Virus record (IMG/VR): IMGVR_UViG_3300047561_000181
Coordinates: 1-25,476 of that record
Origin: a virus
Taxonomy: Duplodnaviria; Caudoviricetes
Direction: 5' to 3' (one strand)
DNA length: 25,476 bases
Under the pieces are notes generated by a model. It was not told where the DNA came from. It did no database searches and was given only the letters and a program-made list of their open reading frames with translations. Made by a program: the position numbers and the translations under genes. Positions 16,983 through 25,476 of the stretch are shown here, in pieces (position 1 is the stretch's first letter; each line of letters starts with the position of its first letter).

Positions 16983-17235
16983 GTCCCCAGCTTGGCAAAG
17001 AGCAGAAGGCAAGGACCCCAAAGGGGGGTTGAATGCGAAGGGTCGCGCATCCGCGAAATCACAAGGGATGAACTTAAAGCCCCCCGCCCCGAGTCCAAAA
17101 ACGAAAGAAGACGCCGGGAGAAGGAAGAGCTTCTGTGCCAGAATGAGCGGCATGAAATCGAAACTTACATCTTCCAAAACAGCCAACGACCCCGACTCCC
17201 GGATTAACAAAAGCCTTCGGGCGTGGAAGTGCTGA
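16975..17235 (+). CDS. Small basic phage protein (DUF6321-like)
   Basis: AWQRAEGKDPKGGLN...RRKSFCARM...SLRAWKC; family from recollection. Confidence 0.75.
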   Translation: MAKSPAWQRAEGKDPKGGLNAKGRASAKSQGMNLKPPAPSPKTKEDAGRRKSFCARMSGMKSKLTSSKTANDPDSRINKSLRAWKC

Positions 17236-17236
17236 G

Positions 17237-17473
17237 ATGGAACATACGATCTGGAACGCAGTTCTTTCGGTAGGTGTCAGTGTTGCGGGGTTCTTCCTCA
17301 AGAGCATGTATGACGAGGTAAAACGCCTTCAAGTGCTGATTAACAAAACCCGCGAAGAGATTGCCAAAGATTACGTGACCCGAACGCAGCTAGACGCAGA
17401 CATTAATCGCATCTTTGATCGGCTCGACCGGCTTGAAGCTAAGATCGACCGACTGGTAGAAAAGCATGCCTAG
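17237..17473 (+). CDS. Small protein with N-terminal TM helix and coiled coil (possible holin-like)
   Basis: IWNAVLSVGVSVAGFFL followed by heptad repeats. Confidence 0.7.
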   Translation: MEHTIWNAVLSVGVSVAGFFLKSMYDEVKRLQVLINKTREEIAKDYVTRTQLDADINRIFDRLDRLEAKIDRLVEKHA

Positions 17474-17840
17474 TACATCAAAAAAACAGCATAATTTTAT
17501 GGAGGCTGTAGCCCACAGCCCCGCCTTTGCCAAAAAGGTTGGTGTTCCCAAGTCCGTGGGCAAGGACTTTTCACAGGCCGACAAGGGCCGTAAATTTGGT
17601 AAAGGTGGTGATATGGCTGAGTCAAAGAAAATGGTCGGTAAGGAAGTGGCCTTCATGAAAAAGAAGGGCGCTCCTGCCGCCATGATGAAACACGAGAAAG
17701 CGGAAATGATGGGCATGAAGAAAGGCGGAGCCACTAAAAAAATGGCTGCTGGCGGATCTGCTTCTTCTCGCGCAGATGGCGTTGCCAAGTCTGGCAAGAC
17801 TAAAGGCAAGATGCTCAACATGGGCGGCAAAACCTGTTAA
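17466..17840 (+). CDS. Lys/Met/Gly-rich basic protein
   Basis: Overlapping start; multiple xxxGG motifs. Confidence 0.75.
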   Translation: MPSTSKKQHNFMEAVAHSPAFAKKVGVPKSVGKDFSQADKGRKFGKGGDMAESKKMVGKEVAFMKKKGAPAAMMKHEKAEMMGMKKGGATKKMAAGGSASSRADGVAKSGKTKGKMLNMGGKTC

Positions 17841-17849
17841 GGAACTATT

Positions 17850-18137
17850 ATGGCAAACGGTCAAGCTGAAATCTATACCGCTAAAATGGGTCAACCTCCA
17901 ATGCCGGATGAAGGCCCAACGAAGCCAATGCCTCCTATGGCACGCAAGCGCAAGCCCAAGTCACCCGACTCGGATATTTATACTGCCGACAAAGGCCAGC
18001 CTCCAATGGACTACGAAGGCCCGACGACTCCGGCCATGCCCAAGAAAGGTAAACCAATGTTCGCCAAAGGCGGTTCGGTTTCCAAGCGTGCTGATGGTTG
18101 CGCCCAGCGTGGCAAGACTAAGGGTCGGATGGTATGA
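17850..18137 (+). CDS. Pro/Lys-rich basic protein with internal duplication
   Basis: AGGA SD; IYTAxxGQPPMxxEGPT occurs twice. Confidence 0.75.
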   Translation: MANGQAEIYTAKMGQPPMPDEGPTKPMPPMARKRKPKSPDSDIYTADKGQPPMDYEGPTTPAMPKKGKPMFAKGGSVSKRADGCAQRGKTKGRMV

Positions 18138-18385
18138 GAGCAAGTCGGGGTATGGGGGATATCAACCCATCTAAAATGCCTAAACCGAAGGTAATTCGGC
18201 GCAAGGACAACCCCGATTCTGTTGACTTGTATGCTAAAGGTGGTGGTGTTGGCTTGTACGCCAACATTCACGCCAAGCAAGAACGGATCGCTAAAGGGTC
18301 CGGTGAGAAGATGCGTAAGCCCGGGGTTAAGGGCGCTCCAACAAACGAAGCGTTTGTTAACTCTGCTAAAACGGCTAAAAAGTGA
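18134..18385 (+). CDS. Small basic protein
   Basis: ATGA overlap; MRASRGMGDINPSK, GLYANIHAK motifs. Confidence 0.75.
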   Translation: MRASRGMGDINPSKMPKPKVIRRKDNPDSVDLYAKGGGVGLYANIHAKQERIAKGSGEKMRKPGVKGAPTNEAFVNSAKTAKK

Positions 18386-19308
18386 CTACTTCTGGCACGT
18401 ACGGTTTTGATCTTGACTTCGCCGAGTTAGCCGAAGAAGCGTGGGAACGTGCTGGCCGAGAAATGCGGACGGGTTACGACCTGCGTACCGCTCGCCGTTC
18501 CATGAACTTGATGACCGTAGAGTGGCAGAATCGCGGTATCAATATGTGGACGATTGATCAGGGGGCATTCATTATGACTCCCGGTCAAAACACTTACGCC
18601 CTACCAACGGATACAATCGACTTGTTGGAAACGGTTATCCGCACGGGTGCAAACGACCCCTCAACTCAGTTTGATTTGACGATCTCGCGGATCAGCGTTT
18701 CTACCTACGCTAGTATCCCTAACAAGATTACTCAAGCCCGACCAATTCAGGTGTGGGTTCAGCGTTTAAGTGGGCAAACATCCCCGACTGGCGCAACGCT
18801 CAGTACTACTATTACTAGTACTTCTACCACCATCGTACTCAGCTCAATAGTTAACCTTCCAACTACTGGGTTTATTAAGCTAGACAACGAAATTATTAAC
18901 TACGGATACATCTCAGGGAATACCCTATACAACTGCTTCCGTGGACAAGCTAATACAACCGCAGCAGCGCATACAGCAGGTGCTACGGTATACAACCCCA
19001 ATCTCCCAGCCGTTACCGTTTGGCCCACCCCGGATAGTTCGCAGACGTATCAGTTCTTATACTGGCGGATGCGTAGGATTCAAGATGCTGGGTCCGGTGT
19101 TAATACCGCAGACATTAATTTTAGGTTTTTGCCTTGTTTGGTGGCGGGGCTGGCGTATTATATTGCTATGAAAGTGCCGGAACTGATGGACCGGCTACCG
19201 ATGCTAAAGCAAGCGTATGACGAACAGTTTGATATTGCCGCCGCTGAAGATAGGGAAAAAGCCCCAATCCGGTTTGTTCCGAGGGCGTTTCGCGCTGGTA
19301 GAGGTTAG
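18382..19308 (+). CDS. Probable head-tail connector / tail tubular protein
   Basis: GTGA overlap; helical N- and C-termini (EEAWERAG; CLVAGLAYYIA) around a beta core with VWPTPD. Confidence 0.65.
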   Translation: MTTSGTYGFDLDFAELAEEAWERAGREMRTGYDLRTARRSMNLMTVEWQNRGINMWTIDQGAFIMTPGQNTYALPTDTIDLLETVIRTGANDPSTQFDLTISRISVSTYASIPNKITQARPIQVWVQRLSGQTSPTGATLSTTITSTSTTIVLSSIVNLPTTGFIKLDNEIINYGYISGNTLYNCFRGQANTTAAAHTAGATVYNPNLPAVTVWPTPDSSQTYQFLYWRMRRIQDAGSGVNTADINFRFLPCLVAGLAYYIAMKVPELMDRLPMLKQAYDEQFDIAAAEDREKAPIRFVPRAFRAGRG

Positions 19309-19310
19309 CC

Positions 19311-19676
19311 ATGAGTAACCGCTTTGCCGCTGGCTACAAGGCGATTGCTGAATGTGATGTATGTGCATTTAGGTATAAACTACACCAGCTTCGTAAGCTG
19401 ATTATCAAGACCAAGGTTACTGATATTAAGGCGTGCCCAACGTGTTGGGTTCCAGATCAACCGCAGTTATTGTTAGGGATGTACCCAGTAGATGATCCGC
19501 AAGCCTTGCGGAGTCCACGTCCAGATTTATCCCTAAATAGGAATAGCCGAGGGTCACGAGATATTCAGTGGGGTTGGGCACCGGTCGGTGGGGGTAGAGG
19601 GTTTGATGATCCGCTAACACCAAATTACTTGGTTGCAACAACATACGTTGGTACAGTAACGGTTACGACATCATAG
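19311..19676 (+). CDS. Hypothetical protein with two CxxC motifs
   Basis: CDVC and CPTC; DPQALRSPRPD. Confidence 0.75.
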   Translation: MSNRFAAGYKAIAECDVCAFRYKLHQLRKLIIKTKVTDIKACPTCWVPDQPQLLLGMYPVDDPQALRSPRPDLSLNRNSRGSRDIQWGWAPVGGGRGFDDPLTPNYLVATTYVGTVTVTTS

Positions 19677-19685
19677 GAGTCCGAC

Positions 19686-19862
19686 ATGGACAAGAAAGAA
19701 GTTAAAGCTATCGCGGATACGGAAGTCCGCGCCCACGAGAAGAAGTTGCACCCCGGTGCCAAGAAGATGAAAGCCGGTGGTCCGACCACGGCTGATCGCG
19801 CAAAGTACGGGAAAAATATGTCTCGTGCTATGAACCAGCGCGGTAGCGCACGGGGGAAGTGA
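19686..19862 (+). CDS. Small basic protein, 58 aa (not in ORF track)
   Basis: AGGAG SD; MDKKEVKAIADTEVRAHEKKLHPGAKKMKAGG...ARGK; TGA overlaps the next ATG. Confidence 0.8.
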   Translation: MDKKEVKAIADTEVRAHEKKLHPGAKKMKAGGPTTADRAKYGKNMSRAMNQRGSARGK

Positions 19863-20125
19863 TGGCTACATATAGCATGAAAAAGGGTGGTAAGGAAGTT
19901 GGCCCTGCTTCGACATATGCCGAACCGCATACTATGACTGGCGCAGACATGGACATTGAGGCCCATGTTAAAGCTCACAACGCCAAAGATAGTATGGCCG
20001 AAGTGCGTATGAGTGTGGACGGCTACAAAAACAAGCCTTACGCTGAAACCAAAACTTCTGGTATTAAAGTTCGTGGTACTGGCGCAGCTACTAAAGGTCT
20101 GATGGCTAGGGGTCCGATGGCATGA
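19862..20125 (+). CDS. Small basic protein, 87 aa
   Basis: TGATG coupling; ends GIKVRGTGAATKGLMARGPMA. Confidence 0.78.
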   Translation: MATYSMKKGGKEVGPASTYAEPHTMTGADMDIEAHVKAHNAKDSMAEVRMSVDGYKNKPYAETKTSGIKVRGTGAATKGLMARGPMA

Positions 20126-20772
20126 ACTACACCGAGTTGTGCGCCAACATTCAAGATATCACTGAGAATACGTTCACTAGTGATCAGTTGGCTATGTTCA
20201 CGCAACAAGCGGAACAGAAAATATACAACACGGTTCAGATTGCTAATCTGCGGAAAAACGTAACTGGCATAACGACCGCCAACAACAATTATCTGTCCTG
20301 CCCGATAGATTTTTTGTCTGTTTATTCAATGGCCGTTATTAACGCAACTGGCGAGTACTCGTACCTTCTTAACAAGGACGTGAACTTTATTCGCCAAGCG
20401 TACCCTCAACCTACGGATACCGCGATCCCCAAGTACTATTCTATTTTCGGGCCGCTTTCAAGTAACGTAAACGAGCTTTCGTTTATGCTCGGGCCGACCC
20501 CCGACGCAGCATACAGTGTTGAACTGCACTACTTTTATTATCCGCCGTCTATCGTTACCGCAGGTACTTCGTGGCTTGGGGATAACTTTGATTCCGCGTT
20601 GCTTAACGGTGCGTTGATTGAAGCAATTAGGTTTATGAAGGGCGAACAGGATATCATCGCTAATTACGAAAAACTGTATTTGCTGTCAATTCAGTTGCTC
20701 AAGCAGTTGGGCGACGGCAAGCAGCGTCAAGATGCGTACCGTAGTGGTCAGTATCGTCAACCGGTGTCCTGA
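20122..20772 (+). CDS. Probable head-to-tail adaptor
   Basis: MNYTEL...QAEQKI N-terminus, PKYY, GPTPD, ALLNGALIEA motifs. Confidence 0.65.
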   Translation: MNYTELCANIQDITENTFTSDQLAMFTQQAEQKIYNTVQIANLRKNVTGITTANNNYLSCPIDFLSVYSMAVINATGEYSYLLNKDVNFIRQAYPQPTDTAIPKYYSIFGPLSSNVNELSFMLGPTPDAAYSVELHYFYYPPSIVTAGTSWLGDNFDSALLNGALIEAIRFMKGEQDIIANYEKLYLLSIQLLKQLGDGKQRQDAYRSGQYRQPVS

Positions 20773-21194
20773 TGGCTATTATCCAAACCCAGACGACCAG
20801 CTTCAAAGCCGAGTTGTATCAGGCTATTCATAACCTGACGACTGATACGTTGAAGATAGCTTTATATACCGCCAACGCTTCTTTAGACTCAAGCACAACT
20901 GCGTACGATACCACTAACGAGATTACAGGTACGGGGTATACCGCTGGGGGTGTGACTATCACTGGGGTGACAGTTAATTCTTCCGGGTATACAGCATACG
21001 TCAGCTTTAATAACCCTAGCTGGCCCTCTGCTTCGTTTACGGCTCGTGCGGCCCTAATCTATAATTCTAGCAAAGCTAACCGGTCTATCGCGGTGTTAGA
21101 TTTTGGGTCTAATAAAACGGTGTCCGGCAACACGTTTCTCATTACGCTCCCAACCAACAACGCATCAGATGCGTTAATCCGGTCTTCTAATTAG
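20772..21194 (+). CDS. Virion structural (tail) protein
   Basis: LKIALYT, NEITGTGYTAGG, ARAALIYN, VLDFG motifs. Confidence 0.7.
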   Translation: MAIIQTQTTSFKAELYQAIHNLTTDTLKIALYTANASLDSSTTAYDTTNEITGTGYTAGGVTITGVTVNSSGYTAYVSFNNPSWPSASFTARAALIYNSSKANRSIAVLDFGSNKTVSGNTFLITLPTNNASDALIRSSN

Positions 21195-21203
21195 GTTTAA
21201 ATC

Positions 21204-21716
21204 ATGGAAAAAATGCTCGCATCTGGTCGCTTCCACGTTCTTTGCTACGACGAGAATGGCAACCTCAAATGGGAAGAAACGAACCCTAACTTGGTTGTTA
21301 ACACCGGCATCCAGTACATGGCTGGCACTGCGCTGACTAGCGTGACGCAAATTACTAGCTGGTACATTGGCTTGTATGGCGCTGGGGCATCAAATACTCC
21401 CGCCGCTGGCGACACTATGGCGAGCCATGCTGGGTGGACTGAAGTTACAAACTACAGCCAAGCCACCCGCGTAGCTGCAACTTTTGCAACTGCCACTACT
21501 GCTGACCCATCAGTGGTTACCAACTCGGCGTCGGTTGCTGCGTTTAGTATCAACGCTGGTGGCACGATTGGTGGCGCGTTTCTGACAAGCGGCAGCGCAA
21601 AGTCTGGCACTACCGGGACGCTGTTCTCCGCTTCGGACTTCACTGGCGGCGACCGCACGGTTGTTAACGGCGATACCTTGAACGTGACCTACACATTTAG
21701 CTTAGACGCGGCTTAA
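21204..21716 (+). CDS. Virion structural (tail) protein
   Basis: NLVVNTG...GDTLNVTYT; Ala/Thr/Gly-rich. Confidence 0.7.
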   Translation: MEKMLASGRFHVLCYDENGNLKWEETNPNLVVNTGIQYMAGTALTSVTQITSWYIGLYGAGASNTPAAGDTMASHAGWTEVTNYSQATRVAATFATATTADPSVVTNSASVAAFSINAGGTIGGAFLTSGSAKSGTTGTLFSASDFTGGDRTVVNGDTLNVTYTFSLDAA

Positions 21717-21729
21717 TCAAGGGTGGGGC

Positions 21730-22023
21730 ATGAAGAACATTCCCCCAACCTACACCTTCCTTTACGATAAGGTAAGGTTTTCGGTCTACCACGCGAACAC
21801 GGGGGAGGGGCTTCCCCGTCATGAACATACGTTTGCTCATCTGACAATGTGCGTTGCCGGTCAAGCCGCCATTCGTAAAGAAAACCTTTACAAGGAAATG
21901 GACAAAGACACTGTGCCCGTGATTCTCAAAGAACGCGAATGGCATGAGGTCGAGGCGTTGGTAGACAACACCATATTCATTAACGTATTTCCATCCGGGG
22001 AGCAAGAATGCCAGCCTGCGTGA
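21730..22023 (+). CDS. Cupin-fold protein
   Basis: LPRHEHTFAHLTMC motif 1 and WHEVEAL motif 2. Confidence 0.8.
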   Translation: MKNIPPTYTFLYDKVRFSVYHANTGEGLPRHEHTFAHLTMCVAGQAAIRKENLYKEMDKDTVPVILKEREWHEVEALVDNTIFINVFPSGEQECQPA

Positions 22024-22205
22024 TGTTTAACGAAAAAAACGAAGCCGTCAGGGTTTGCATGGCTGATCCGGGCGATTGGGTTGAGGAAGGCTGGCGGCTG
22101 GAAGTTATCCCAGAAGGTCATACATGGGACGGTAAAGCCATTGTTACGCTACAAGAGTTTTACGGCATGTTAGCCCCTAACATGGTTGAGCCAGAAGTTA
22201 TCTAA
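22008..22205 (+). CDS. Small acidic protein (possible tail-fibre accessory)
   Basis: GGAG SD; TAATG coupling to the next gene. Confidence 0.65.
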   Translation: MPACVMFNEKNEAVRVCMADPGDWVEEGWRLEVIPEGHTWDGKAIVTLQEFYGMLAPNMVEPEVI

Positions 22206-25200
22206 TGGTAGCTCCAGTAGTTGTTATTGCCATTACGTCTGGAACTCGTTGGAGGGTTCCAGCCGACTGTACGTCTGCGACTATTGAATGTATTGGTGGC
22301 GGCGGCGGTGGCGGCGGTGCGTATTCAAAAACCACCGGCCTTTCGTTAACACCCCTTTCGTTTGCTTATGTAAATATTGGAGGAAGCGGCGGAGACACTT
22401 GGTTTAACAAAACCACTAACGCCGCACCAAGTTCAACCACAAACGGTGCTTTGGCAAAAGGCGGGAGTCTTAGCTCTGTTTCTTGCTGTGACGCAACAAT
22501 TCTTGGGGGTCAGGCCTCTGGAGGGGTCGGTGATACTGGCGCAAAATTTTCTGGGGGTAATGGGTTAGCCATTTTCACTTGTGGCGGGGCTATTTACGAA
22601 GTTGGCGGGGGCGCTGCTGGCCCATCTGGTCCGGGTGGAAACGCGGGGGCGACAAATTATCTTGGTGGCGGAGGCGGTGGTGGCGGTGCCAACAACGGGA
22701 CAAGCGGGGGTAATGGATCTATCAGACCCTCCTCTGGTGGGACGGGTAATGGAGGCACAGGTGGAAACGCGGGTGGTGGAGGCGGTTCCGGGGGGGCAGG
22801 GGGCACTTCTAGCACAATCGGGTCTGTTGGATCTCCGGGTACAAATGGTGGCGGTGGCGGCGGTGGTGGTTATGCAACAGTCGCCGGAAATGCCGTAAAC
22901 GACGGTGGTGGCGCTGGGTCCATGCAAGCGGTCTGGACAGATTACTTGGGTAATTCGTATGGTCCCGCTGGTGGTTCAGGAGGCGAACCGGGATCAAATC
23001 TAGGGCTTTCTAGAACCATAACAAGAAGAACCAATTACGGTGGTGGTGGGCCTATAAGCGGCGGTCAAGGTCTTATTATCGTTACCTACACCCCGGTAGT
23101 GACGATTGGCAATTCGTATACTGAAGTATTAAATGAATATGGCCCAACCTCTTCAAGCACGCCAAGCCGTTGGCGCATTCCTTATGGCGTAGAAACAGTA
23201 ACTGTTCACGCTATTGGCAGTGGGTCTGTCGGGGTTTTGGCGGCTCCTTGGTATGGCGGCGGTGGTGGGGCTTATGCTTCATCTGCGGTTGATGTAAGCA
23301 CGCTAAATAACACTGATGCTTATTACTTAAATTATTACACGACTAGCACTGGTTTTTTTGGTGGGTCGGATGCTTGGTTTAATAGATCCTCTTCTTCTGC
23401 CCCAAGCAGTTCTACAAATGGCGCGTTAGCTAAAGGGGCAGCTTACCCCGGTCAAACTGGTGGAAGCGGTGGGTTTTCGATAGGCTCAACAACTTGGGCC
23501 GGTGGTAATGGTGGGTCTGGCGGCGGCACAACCATTAACAAACAAGGCGGCGGGGGCGGCGCTGCTGGACCCTCTGGTCCGGGTAGAAACGGCGGGAGTC
23601 CATCTAGCACAGCAAATAGTTCTGGTTCAGCCGGTGGTGGCGGCGGCGCAAACGGCGGGTCTTCCTCTAGCGGGAATAATGCTTCTAGTGCAACGGTTGC
23701 GGGGGCCGGAGGTGGTGGTAATAGTGGCTCGGGTGGCGGAGCAGCCGGGACTGCTACAACTATTGCTGGCAACGGAACAAACGGCGGGGGTGGCGGAGGG
23801 GGTAAAAACACCGTAGGTCGGATGAATGGTGGCGCAGGGGGAATGCAAGCCATTTGGACCGACTCGGGAACGGGTAGCCAATACGGCCCCTCTGGTGGTA
23901 GCGGCGGTGTAGCAGCAATAAGCTCATCAAGTTACGGTGGGTCAGTATCACCAAGTTACGGTGGGGGGACTAGCGTTGACAGGATTGGTCCAAGCTCTAC
24001 TCGCGCTGGCACTCCACTAATTGTCCTCCAATACACCATAACCAAAGCCGTACCCACTATATACGACGTTTCCATTAGTGAATCGGCGTCGGGGGCGGAA
24101 ACAACTAGCAGTGCTTTATCAAACAACGTCTACGGGTCAATTGACGAATCGGCATCTGGCGCTGACACGTTAAGTAATATCAAAGTAAAAGTTATTGTTA
24201 TTACGTCAGGTACGCTTTGGAGAGTTCCAGCTGATTGCACTTCTGCGACTATAGAGTGTATTGGTGCTGGACGCATTAGTGGCGGCGCATACGCCAGAAC
24301 AAACAACGTAACATTAACTCCCACGTCCAGCGTTTTTATTAGTATTCCTCCTTTTGGCCCAGACTCAACTTGGTTTAATAAAACAGCCAATACCGCACCA
24401 ACCGCAGGTCAAACTGATCGCGGAGCATTGGCTGCTGGCGGCGCTTTTAGCTCGGGTTTGGGGTTCTACAACATAGGCGGCGGGGCGGCGGTTAATTCTG
24501 TTGGGGATGTTCGATACGACGGAGGCGGAGCAAGAGTTGGTTACACTTACTGCTGTTTTTCTTGTAGCGGCACTAACACATTTTATTCTTATGGCGGAGC
24601 GGCTGGACCGCAAGGCGTTGGCGGTAACGGTCTATTAAACTCCACGTTTGGGGGTGGTGGAGGCGCTAACGGTGGCGGCTCAGGGACTAGCACTCTTGGC
24701 GGTAACAATCGTTCTGGAACCGGCGGCGGCGCAAACAATGGCGGTACAGGTTCTAATGGCGGCGGCGGTGGCCCTAATGGCGCTATTGGTACTGGATTGG
24801 GGAGTTACGACCCTGTTTGGACCGACTCGTATTCATTACTTTCATATGGACCGTCTAGCGGTTCCGGGGGGTCAGCGTCTTACTCTACGTCTTGTAATGG
24901 TGCCGGTGTGGGCCCGGTTACTCGCGGCGCTGGTGGCGGAGCGTTTGGTGGCACCCCCGGAATTATTGTTATTACTTATGTTCCAGCAGCAATAACGCCC
25001 GGAACGTACACTGAAACTTTTCCTGTAAAGGCGCTTTTTAGTGGTACGCAAAGCATATGGTATTCGCCCGTAGCAGCGCAAAACGTAAAAATTGAAATTA
25101 TTGGCAGCACAGATATCAATAGAAGGGGAGGGGTCTATGTATCAAGCACTTTAGCTCCTACTCGGTTATACCTAAGTTATATTGAACCGACCTATGGTCC

Positions 25201-25476
25201 TCTTTACGTCAGTACTACAGGTTTTACTTTACCTACATCGCCTTCCGAAGGGGCTTACGCAGCAACTGACGGACTTAGTGCTAGTTCTATAGGGACAACT
25301 AAATATTCTGGTGGTGCGCCCGGCGCTAGTACTTACGATTCTGGCTATGAGTCATACTTATTGGGAGGAGGTGGTGGCGCGGCTGGTCCTGACGGCGCGG
25401 GTAGCAGTGGCGGCGCTGCGTATTCCGGGTTTGTAGCATTTGCTCCTAGCGGCGCTGGGGGGGGCGGGTCTGCGTC
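22205..25476 (+). CDS. Large glycine-rich repeat protein, probable tail fibre/adhesin, partial (about 1090 codons, runs off right edge)
   Basis: Absent from the track because it has no stop. Manual translation from ATG 22205 (MVAPVVVIAITSGTRWRVPADC...) stays open to the window end; four Gly-rich domains. Confidence 0.88.
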   Translation, partial: MVAPVVVIAITSGTRWRVPADCTSATIECIGGGGGGGGAYSKTTGLSLTPLSFAYVNIGGSGGDTWFNKTTNAAPSSTTNGALAKGGSLSSVSCCDATILGGQASGGVGDTGAKFSGGNGLAIFTCGGAIYEVGGGAAGPSGPGGNAGATNYLGGGGGGGGANNGTSGGNGSIRPSSGGTGNGGTGGNAGGGGGSGGAGGTSSTIGSVGSPGTNGGGGGGGGYATVAGNAVNDGGGAGSMQAVWTDYLGNSYGPAGGSGGEPGSNLGLSRTITRRTNYGGGGPISGGQGLIIVTYTPVVTIGNSYTEVLNEYGPTSSSTPSRWRIPYGVETVTVHAIGSGSVGVLAAPWYGGGGGAYASSAVDVSTLNNTDAYYLNYYTTSTGFFGGSDAWFNRSSSSAPSSSTNGALAKGAAYPGQTGGSGGFSIGSTTWAGGNGGSGGGTTINKQGGGGGAAGPSGPGRNGGSPSSTANSSGSAGGGGGANGGSSSSGNNASSATVAGAGGGGNSGSGGGAAGTATTIAGNGTNGGGGGGGKNTVGRMNGGAGGMQAIWTDSGTGSQYGPSGGSGGVAAISSSSYGGSVSPSYGGGTSVDRIGPSSTRAGTPLIVLQYTITKAVPTIYDVSISESASGAETTSSALSNNVYGSIDESASGADTLSNIKVKVIVITSGTLWRVPADCTSATIECIGAGRISGGAYARTNNVTLTPTSSVFISIPPFGPDSTWFNKTANTAPTAGQTDRGALAAGGAFSSGLGFYNIGGGAAVNSVGDVRYDGGGARVGYTYCCFSCSGTNTFYSYGGAAGPQGVGGNGLLNSTFGGGGGANGGGSGTSTLGGNNRSGTGGGANNGGTGSNGGGGGPNGAIGTGLGSYDPVWTDSYSLLSYGPSSGSGGSASYSTSCNGAGVGPVTRGAGGGAFGGTPGIIVITYVPAAITPGTYTETFPVKALFSGTQSIWYSPVAAQNVKIEIIGSTDINRRGGVYVSSTLAPTRLYLSYIEPTYGPLYVSTTGFTLPTSPSEGAYAATDGLSASSIGTTKYSGGAPGASTYDSGYESYLLGGGGGAAGPDGAGSSGGAAYSGFVAFAPSGAGGGGSA

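Noticed and set aside
22377-25081. Short ORFs listed in the right-hand 3 kb
   Set aside because: Alternate-frame artefacts of the single open Gly-rich gene starting at 22205.

Overview
Fragment of a tailed dsDNA phage genome (P22-like portal, Mu gpT-like capsid, no tape measure or integrase in the window; host not determinable). It has two divergent arms. The left arm (1-7130, minus strand) is an early/accessory region: a MoxR-type AAA+ ATPase, an HExxH metallopeptidase-vWA protein, a C4 zinc-finger protein and several hypotheticals, driven by near-consensus sigma70 promoters. The right arm (7566-end, plus strand) is the virion module: terminase subunits, portal, GroES, scaffold, capsid proteins, small basic proteins, connector/tail proteins, a cupin and a >1000-codon glycine-rich repeat protein that runs off the window. 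The most notable non-coding signal is a 16-28 bp palindrome, AGTTAGTTCGGGGTACCCCGAACTAACT. It occurs 7 times in intergenic DNA of the early arm, plus one covariant copy, and in three cases lies exactly 19 nt from a start codon; two of those sit in a duplicated promoter-hairpin-RBS cassette. A structured RNA after the capsid gene (Mu-gpT-DE-like) can pair with the next gene's Shine-Dalgarno, and a repeat-rich ~0.9 kb non-coding block lies at 5500-6395. All family assignments are by motif recognition; no searches were run.
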